From NCBI GenBank assembly GCA_977017575.1, contig CDRNVI010000054.1:124001-188000 (forward strand): 64,000 nucleotides of DNA, written 5' to 3'. The notes beneath the pieces were generated by a model. That model searched no databases and was not told the origin of the DNA. It worked only from the letters and a program-made list of their open reading frames with translations. Shown here one piece after another: positions 55,591-64,000 of the stretch. Numbering within the stretch: position 1 is the first letter of the stretch; every line of letters begins with the position of its first letter. A program made the translations under genes and the position numbers. This DNA comes from Paramoeba atlantica. Taxonomy: Eukaryota; Protista; Discosea.

Positions 55591-58500
55591 CTTTTTTTGC
55601 GATGAATAAGGGGAGAGAAGTATGAACCGCGGCATTGCCTCTATATTTTTACCCAATACTTGAACCCTGTAGGTCCATCGGGGGGGTATACGATTTTAAG
55701 ACAAGCAATCAAACTAGCAATTTCATATTTTGGAGCCCAAAACTAGCAATTCGATCTCCCGTAAGTATAAGAACAATAATAACAATAATAACAATAAAAA
55801 CAAGCAATCCAGACCCAATCCATTCGCGCGTTCCGGACCGGGTCTTTCGACCTCTCCACGGCCTGACTTGTGAACCCTTCCCTTGTTATATGGGAGGGCG
55901 CAGGCGCGGGCCTGTGTCGACAGCGACACGGTCGCGAAACAGGATGCTAGCCGACGGGGAGGAGATTCACTACCCGTGTACTATCTCACTTGGGGTACCT
56001 AGCCCTTTCGAGCTAGGCGTGAGTATACACTCTGTCGACACGACGAACATCCGGACCAGAGGATGCAAGAGAGGATGTCACTACACCACTTCCATATTGC
56101 CATAGCCTATCAGGGATGGGTCAGGTGTCGGTAGGGATCGTAGCACCATCATACGTGCCTGCGACCGCATTAAAGTGACGTTCAAGCCAGCAAGAAGTCG
56201 GTGTAAGGCTTCTTTTTTGGATAGGTTACCGGAGTGCATTGAGTGCTCAATTGTCATGTCACGGATCACCGCCATAGCGCTGGGGCACCATGAGCCGTAT
56301 GATTCTACGGCCATGGCCGCAAATCGGAGTTTGGCTGCGGCGGCTTCTTCTCGTTGTTTCTGCTTGTGTTCCGTTGCGTATCTTTCCGCAAAGGATCCAG
56401 CTGTTACCACGCTAGCATCACGGACTAGATCCGTATATTTCGTTTGCTGGACGTGTGTGACAGCGAAATCCATTACAAGGCCCTGGCCCGCTCGAAAACT
56501 TGAGATTAATACGTCCGCCGGTCGCGTCAGACCGCCGCCAGGGCCCGTGTTATGCAGGCTTACTTCGCGCTTCGTTGTAAGCCCGGCATTTGTGCATGAT
56601 ATCGTCGGAGTTTGCTGTCTCTGGGTTCAACTGTTCAGGTGGGGAAGACGAGAGCTTTGGAATTTTCCCGGTATTTGAAACGAAGTTATAGCCCGCGCGC
56701 CTATTGACGTCCCGTACTGCGAATTCAAAGCTTTCACCATTCGACATAGGGACTAAGCTCAGGAAAATATTGACGGGTGAGCGAAATAATGCTGTTGCGT
56801 GATACGTGGTTGAACGCGTTTCGGAGATCAACTTTACATAAGACGAAGTCCTCGTCATCAACGTGTTCCTCCATGGTCAATCTGCATAAATGTATTACCC
56901 TCTCGGCTCCAGCGGGTATTGCAACCCCGTACTGGTGTCCCCTGAAGAGCCGACAGGCCTTTGATTTGACAGAAAAACACGCAACCTTGCTTGCGAAGCG
57001 CCGGAGGGTTTCTCCTGCGGCGATGGGCCGAACATCGTGTGCTCCCTTATGATGTGCACATAAGCGTCCGCCTGCGAAGCGCGGCTGGACCTCGTCCAGC
57101 GCGCCTCCGGAAAGAAGATGGTTAACGAACTTGGTGAGCTTTCCCAATGGATCTATGCGCTCATCGTTGTGATATGCCATGGCTATCTGCACATGTTCTG
57201 GCCGAAGGCCGAACGCCCCTCCGGAGGATCCTCTGTGGAAACTTGAGAGTGCCTCGGTTACATTTTCCTGTGTGATCTTGAGAGGGGTTACGGACGATGA
57301 AGGAAGTTGTTCGCCTGGGTCTTCGCCAGAGAGTCGTGGAGGGTGCTTGTTTATGAGTTTATTGTAGGTGGCATCGTCATGGGGAGCGAGTGACACCGAG
57401 GTCAGTGCTGTCATGGCACGCGATAGCTCTCCATCTCGGGCAAGCCTAGCCGCTCGTAGAGCTGCCTTGTCGTCATTTTCTTCTACGCTGGTTGCTTGCG
57501 CCGGGGATTTGCGTTTGCGCTGTAGACTGGCGATTGCTTCACTCCAGAGGGGTATGTACTCCTTTTGGTTCCATCTGGAAAGACATTTTCGGACGTAGGA
57601 CGCATAAGAGGTTTTTTTCTTACTGCCTCCACGGCGGGGGGCCGGAAGGACACATTTCGGAAGCATCGCAAGGAGAGTCCACGCCTCGAGTGTGTTATCT
57701 AGCGTGGCTGTCATCAAGCAGGAAGTGAGTACTCGTGCCCATTCAGCCCTGCAGCAATAAGGGATATCCTTGCTCGTAATCACCGGCAGTGCGCACACAG
57801 AAGATAAGGTCGGCAGCAAGTTGTCTACATCCTCCACCTGATCGGGCTGATCATTAGGGTTCGTACCCGGGGGGCGTTCAGGCATCACAGCGGCGTTTGT
57901 GGTAGGGTTGGAGGAGTCGTTCAACTCACGGGAAGGATCCTGAGGGTTATCGGATGCGAGTGTGCGAAATTTGCAATGTCGCGTATGGGACTCCTTTTTG
58001 CCTAAGTGGGAATGTTTTTTGCAGTATGCACATCGAAATCTGCCTTCCTCTGCCCACCACGTGTCCGATACTTCCGCCCCGTGCCTGTTTGAGATGTGAT
58101 TATAATACGCCTGCCATTGATTTCCATGAGGACCGGTTTGCCACAAACATGATTCCACTGGGCACTTTCTAGCGTTATATGATGTTTTTGTCGTCCGCGT
58201 GAGGTTGGGTGATTTAACAGGCTCGGATTTGAAAGTGGCTCGGTTCCGCTTAAGCTTTACTTCCGATGTGACGCAGCTGTCTTGTGATGGTGCCGGTTCA
58301 ACGAAGACTCTGTCGCTACCGTGCTTTCGGAGCCTGATTGGTTGAAAGATGTCTGTGAGGTGGTACTTCTTTTAGAGCACTTCTTGTTCTTGCGCCTCTT
58401 TGGACTGCTAGAAACGGAGAAATGAGAAATGAGGTCCGTCGGAGTGAGGTCTGGGAACGTGGCCGTACTGCTTTCGGATTCGTAACAGTTCTTAGAGTGT

Positions 58501-59180
58501 TCTGAGTTTCGAAGGTGTCGTAAAAATCTCGCCTTCACAGCTTTATTAGATTTTCTCAATTGGCTGGGTGAAGTCGCATCAGTTCCCTCGAAGTTGACAT
58601 TAGGACCCTCATCAGTGGTCTTCACAGCCTTGCTAGATGTGCTTAATTGGCTGAGTGAAGTCGAATCGGTTCCGTCAGAATTGACATTAGAGCACTCATC
58701 GGTCATCTTCGCAGCCTTGCTAAATGTGCTTAGTTGGTTGTGTGAAATCGAATCGGCTCCTTCGAAATCAACATTATTAGACTTATCGATATCACGCTGG
58801 ACACTACAATGGATCTCCTCTTCAGTTCGGTCATGTACGTGACCCATGTCGGGCGTTTCAATATCCTTTTCTAAAGCGTGCGCACGGCGCATCCAATCGT
58901 GCGGGATATTTTGCGGGATGGCAGTAGTGTATAAACTCTCGTCATAGGTGCTTGCGCTTCGGATAAGATGTTCGTTGCCCTTAAACTGGTCCCAACTACC
59001 CAATTCATGGGATTTTTCTTCGTGGACAAAATTCTGATTAGAATCCATGATTCCAGGGTCGAAAGGTGTATCCTCAGGATGGTTGGCTGAGTGTGTCTCG
59101 TTCATTACCATCAAAAAGAGAGTAGACAAAGAAAAAGAAAATAATTCAACAAGGTACAGAAACTGTATCTTTATCGCTAA
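55591..59180 (-). mobile_element. CRE-like family-3 element D: SL (59147-59180), RT core deleted, cassette (55820-56052), poly(A)
   Basis: ORFs 58257-59129, 56734-58158, 56081-56473; jumps from ELSPYVEW to AVRDVNRRAG near 56736, skipping QQGDP and YLDD. Confidence 0.9.
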
Positions 59181-59181
59181 T

Positions 59182-61430
59182 CTTTTTTTTTGTACCTTTT
59201 TTTTTCTCAGCTCAAAACTAGCAATTTAATCTCCCCTAAGTATATACTACAAACAAGAAACAGTAAAAATTAAAACAAGCAATTCATGCCCATTTTTCCC
59301 GCATTTTTTTTAAAAAACTAGCAATTGGTGAGCCCAAAACTAGCAAATGTATGTAAAGCCCAACCAAACCGAGCAAACCCAAATCGAGCAAACCCGAAAC
59401 GAGCAAAACCTCAACCTGCCACCTCTCTCACTACCCCGGACCTTATTGTCCGCAGGACCGCCAGAAGCTGGCCACAACCTCCCTGCAGAACCAGGAACCA
59501 AACAAAGCAACCACGCCACTTACCGCCCCACCCTTGCCCACGAGGTTTTCCACCTCTTGGCCGCTTGCTACTCTTCCTTCCCGTACCCCAGGAGAGCCAG
59601 GTCGGGGCCCGTTGCGGGTAATCGCAAGACTAACATTCGGGCCTGCGACCTCATCAGTGTTACATTCAGAGCTGTGAGAATCTGATGTAAGGCCGCCCCC
59701 TTCGCTATGTCACTGCCCGATTTGGCCGTCCTAGCTACCGCGACCTCTCGGAGAACAGACATTGCGCTGGGACACCACGAGCCGTAGGATTCTACGACCA
59801 TGGCTCCGAACTTAAAGTGTGCTGCAGTCGCCTCTTCGCGTTGCGTGCTCTTGTTCACGGTGGCATATTGTTCCGCGAACGACCCCGCCGTCACCCAGTT
59901 GGCGTCACGGACTGTGTCCGTATACTTTTGTTGCTGGACATGGGTGACAGCGAAGTCGAGTACAAGGGACCGACCGAGGTGGCTGTCTATAAAGACATCT
60001 GCAGGCCTAGTGAGGGTGCCCCCCGGATCCTTGTTTCCCAGGCTGACCTCTCGTTTGGGGGCGAGCCCGGCCTTGGAACACTCCGCCGCAAACTGTGTTG
60101 CCAGAGCATTGTGTCGGGAAATGATACCATGCCCGCTTTTGCACGACATCGCGTGATCCCCCTCTGGACCAAGCGGCTGCGTGCATTTGTCCATGGGGCA
60201 AGGTCGGGTGCCGGGGTATGTGTTCTCCCCAAGCCACCAGCGTACCAGCATTCGGAACTCTGTCGGGGTATATGCGTGACCGTTCTTCTTGGAAGGCAAA
60301 ACAAATGCCCACTCCGACGCCCCTTCCCCCGTTTCAGAGATCCATCGGGCCCTCGTCCGCGGGTCAGCGGTATTAAGCGCGCTGTTGTATTCCTGGGAAG
60401 AGATCGAGTGACTGAGATCCCGTTGTCTGGGAACTACCGCTTCATTGCTAGATTCGCTCGCTTCGATAGTACTAAAGAGGGAACGATCTGACACAACCAT
60501 GCTCTTGGGTATTGTGCCATTTTCACCGTCTACCAGATTTAGTCCAGCGCGATTGTTGACATCGCTCACTGCTTCTTCGAAACCTTTTGCTTCGGTGGGG
60601 GCCCAGCCATCCTTCCTTGATGCGAATGCCACGGAGGCCACGTAAGCAGAAGAGGAATGTTCCTCTGCTGAACGGAGCCCTAGCCCTCCGAAGCGCTTGT
60701 CTCGTTGTGTCTGTCGCCGGGCGTCATCGCCAAGTGGGTGGAAAAAGTTTTCGACAGTGGACTGAACAGCGTCATCCAGGCGTCGACAAATATCTTGCAA
60801 TGCAGATGTCGGGGTGGTACGGAGAGAGTAGACCATCTTGCAGAAGCCTGCGCAATGCCGGATGAGGGAGAGCGATCTGGGGATCCTCGAGCAAAGTTAT
60901 GGCGGTTAGAGAATCTTGGGCCAGTTCGAAGACATTGTCCAAATGGAATTTATGACAGTATTCAGTGGATCCGACTGGGCTACCTAAAATGTTAAAATTA
61001 CCCTCTAAACTTTTATTCGGACCAGGGATGTCAGGGAAAACGGAGGCGCGAGGGGATGATGAGGGGTGTAAGGCGAGTTCCCATTTAGCGGCGTTGATAT
61101 GGAGTCCCCGTTGTGGTCCTTTGATTTCCAGCACGTCGAATGCGTGCCGCACATCAGCAGATGATCCAGCCAGCACCCCGTCGTCCAGATACCACAGATT
61201 CAAGTCGAGCATTGGGGTTACCGCGTGAATTTCCGCCGTTACTTCTCTCAGGACCAGGGAGAAAAGGAGAGGACCTAAGGGGTCGCCTTGTTGCACTCCT
61301 TCAGAAGACGGAATGGTGCGTGTTCCGAAAGTAAGTAGGCTGTCCGAAGAGTAACACCAATCTACGTAGTGACTGAGAGCGGGAAAGTGTTCGCGAGTAA
61401 GGGCAATGAAAGCACGCCCTGCCACTAGAC
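59182..61430 (-). mobile_element. CRE-like family-3 element E, 5'-truncated, one frameshift
   Basis: GVQQGDPLG, WYLDDG, RLE motifs; A9-GGTAC-A9 tail abutting the SL of D. Confidence 0.9.
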
Positions 61431-61446
61431 AAGTTTCCAGGTAGGC

Positions 61447-63076
61447 TTTTTTTTTTGGTGGTAGAAATACTGAACTATATTATATTTGTATGTATCTTTT
61501 TTTTGAAGTCTTTTCAAATTCGTATTTGTTCTCGTCTAAATTTCCTCCCGTAAATTATCAGCCCAAAACTAGCAATTGTATATTATTATTATTATTTCCG
61601 CTCAAAGCTAGCAATCGATCTTACCATCCAGAAATAATAATTTCAAAACTAGCAAGCAATCCCCCCCGAAATCCATCCCTAACCAAATCACCCACGGACC
61701 AAAACTAAGACCCGTAACGGCACGCCGGTTAGTGGACTTGGTACCTCCCCCCCTGCCTGCCTGAGAAACCGAGGGGTCCCGATTTTCGGCTAATCCTCTT
61801 TGCCATACCCCAAGAGAGCTGCATTGGGGCTCTCTGCAGGGAGTCGCAGGACGAGCATACGAGCTTGTGACCGCATCAATGTCACGTTCAAGGAGATGAG
61901 AAGGTGATGCAATACCTCTCCTTTTAGCAGGGTGTTTCCTCCGTAGGCCGCCCTATCTGCGGCTACCTTCCGAAGGACTGCCATGGCGCTGGGACTCCAC
62001 GAGCCGTAGGACTCCACGACCATCGCGGCAAATTTCATTTTCGCTACCTCGGCCCCTTCACGCTGCTTCACCTTGTTAGTGGTAGCGTACTGCTCCGCAA
62101 ACGACCCCGCCGTCACCCAGTTAGCGTCACGGACTGTGTCCGTATATTTTTGTTGCTGGACATGGGTGACGGCGAAGTCGAGTACGAGAGGATGACCTAA
62201 ACCACTATTCGTAAAGAAGACATCTCCGGGCCTAGTGAGGGTTCCCCCCGGGCCCTTGTTCCCTAGGTTCACCTCTCGCTTCGGCGCAAGCCCCGCTTTC
62301 TTACATTCATCCGAAAATTGAGAAGCAAGCGCGTTGTGGCGAGAGGTGATGCCGTGGCCACTTTTGCACGACAGCGTATGGTCTCCTTCTGGACCGAGAG
62401 GCTGCGTACATTTCTCCATGGGGCAGGGTCGGGGACCTGGGTATATATTTTCCCCGAGCCACCAACGCACCAGCGTCCGGAACTCCGTGGGCGTGTATGC
62501 GAAGCCATCTTTCTTTGACAGCAGCACAAATGCCCATTCCGAAGCGCCTTCCCCAGTTTCAGAGATCCACCTGGCCCTGGTCCGTGGGTCAGTGTGTGCA
62601 AGCGCATTCCTAAACTCATGTGAAGAGATGGCGTGACTGAGGTCTCGCTGTCGGGGCACTACTAGGTCGTCAACCGACTCGTCAGTTCCAATCGTGCGAA
62701 ATGAGGGACGTTCTGATGAGACCCAACTTTTGGGTATTCTACCGGTTTCGCTGTCCACTATGCTCTGTCCAACGCGTCTGTTAACATCCCGCACAGCCCC
62801 TTCAAAACCTTTTGCTTCAGTGGGGTCCCAACCGTCTCTTTCTGATGCGAAGGCGACTGAAGCCACATATGCTGATGTGGCATGCTCTTCCGCCGAACGA
62901 AGCCCCAACCCACTAAACCGTTTGTCTCGTTGCGTTTGTCGCCGCGCCGTATCACTCAGTGGAAGGAAAAAAGTTTCTATGCTGGTCTGAACAGTGTCGT
63001 CTAGGCGCTGACATAGATCCCGTAGCTCCGATGTAGGTGTGGTTCGGAGTGCGTAATCCAATCCAATCCAATCCAA
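61447..63076 (-). mobile_element. CRE-like family-3 element F, 5'-truncated at (GGATT)4
   Basis: ORF 61790-63076 with RLE motifs; A10 at 61447-61456. Confidence 0.9.
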
Positions 63077-63314
63077 TAGACCGACATAAGTCGGTTAGAA
63101 TATATAACATTGTTCCCTCAAACTTATACTCTTCCACCTCCAAATTCAGAGGGGACGCGCTTTCACCACTTCACCCCTCCCCGACTCACTCCCCTGGAGT
63201 GAGTGTGCTTCCCCCTCTCGGCTTTTTTTCGACTTGTCTTTTTCCTCTCCGAGAGGGCCATGCGTCACGGTGGCCTCCCTTGAGGACCACTAGACGTGTC
63301 CTCCGCCGACGAGA

Positions 63315-63490
63315 CTCGGCTCTCTGCACCTGGCGGTCGTCCAGCTCTCCGCACCTCGGCTCTGTCGCAGCTCTCTGCACCCGGATTGCCCCCGAAACTG
63401 TAATATGGGGATTACGCATCCGGCTCTCTGCACCTGCACATGACAACCGAGCTCTCTGCACCTGGGACGCCAGCTCTCCGCACCCGCACA
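63315..63490. repeat. Degenerate repeat of GCTCT(C/T)TGCACC, 6 copies
   Basis: Motif at ~63317, 63343, 63369, 63421, 63450, 63472. Confidence 0.7.
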
Positions 63491-63829
63491 CCTCCGGCGA
63501 GGACGAAACCTCACATGATCCACCCGTCGTATGCGGGATAAGGACATGGTGAGCAAATCTCTGCACTATAAGTGCATGATAAAACACAGGGGGGTAAATC
63601 AGATCCTGCGGGGGGTCAAAAAATTGCAAAACCCTTCTAATTTTGGAAAATGATAGCGCATTCGAGAGCTCTCGCAGAGTTCTATGTTTTTGCGCTATTT
63701 TCACCCCCAAAAGAAAGCATTTGTGTTTATGGCATTTCTTTTAAAGTTTTTTTTCCCCTCTAAAATTTGCAGTTTTTCCCAAATTTGCTCATTTTTTCGT
63801 TTTTTCTCCATTTCGTCTCAGTTTTATGC

Positions 63830-64000
63830 CGCGAAAGCGATCCCGTTCTATGCAGAACAAAGGATCTCTCTCCGATAGATCTCGTTGTTTTGGACTTTCC
63901 CCCAAAATCCCCAGATCTTAACCCCATTGAAAACAATTGGGAAATTATGGATGCCTTTATTAAAAAAGGTACAAATCCAGAAAATAGGACTGAACTTTTG
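63830..64000 (+). pseudogene. Tc1/IS630-like transposase C-terminal fragment running off the window
   Basis: Manual translation LDFPPKSPDLNPIENNWEIMD. Confidence 0.8.

Noticed and set aside
4214-59180. Bona fide SL RNA genes
   Set aside because: No SL copy is followed by a GT donor or intron; all lead into UTR and ATG.
35404-62990. Long antisense ORFs (e.g. 35404-36120, 51339-51653, 56175-56678, 59817-60491)
   Set aside because: Shadows opposite TE coding sequence, with no motifs.
735-63076. Bacterial RT systems (retron, DGR, group II intron)
   Set aside because: RTs carry RLE, APE or YR/gag partners, poly(A) tails and SL ends typical of eukaryotic retrotransposons.
63186-63710. Repeat-containing protein gene
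   Set aside because: Several frames open because of the GCTCTCTGCACC repeats; no domain or splice evidence.

Overview
Transposable-element-dense window from a eukaryote with a kinetoplastid/euglenozoan-type spliced leader (SL; copies read TTTAACGATAAAGATACAGTTTCTGTACCTTGTTG). I cannot name the species and found no housekeeping gene, rRNA, tRNA or CRISPR. Contents: (1) many CRE/SLACS-like RT + restriction-like-endonuclease (RLE) non-LTR retrotransposons of at least three families, two with long intact ORFs (735-4187, 51272-55297); (2) at least five tyrosine-recombinase (YR) retrotransposons or relics (VIPER/TATE/Ngaro-like) with split direct repeats; (3) scattered pieces of an APE-RT-RNase H LINE; (4) DNA transposon remnants (hAT-, pogo-, Merlin-, Tc1-like, a MITE); (5) a 19-bp tandem array and several fold-back scars. 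Main candidate system: retroelements copied from SL-trans-spliced RNA. SL exon copies sit at the 5' ends of several elements. In one YR element the SL junction matches an AG acceptor kept in an internal repeat. CRE-like copies form a ~24-kb same-strand poly(A)-to-head chain, and five 3' ends share a ~233-nt structured cassette with HDV-ribozyme-like hallmarks. All assignments come from reading motifs by eye; no database searches or folding programs were run.
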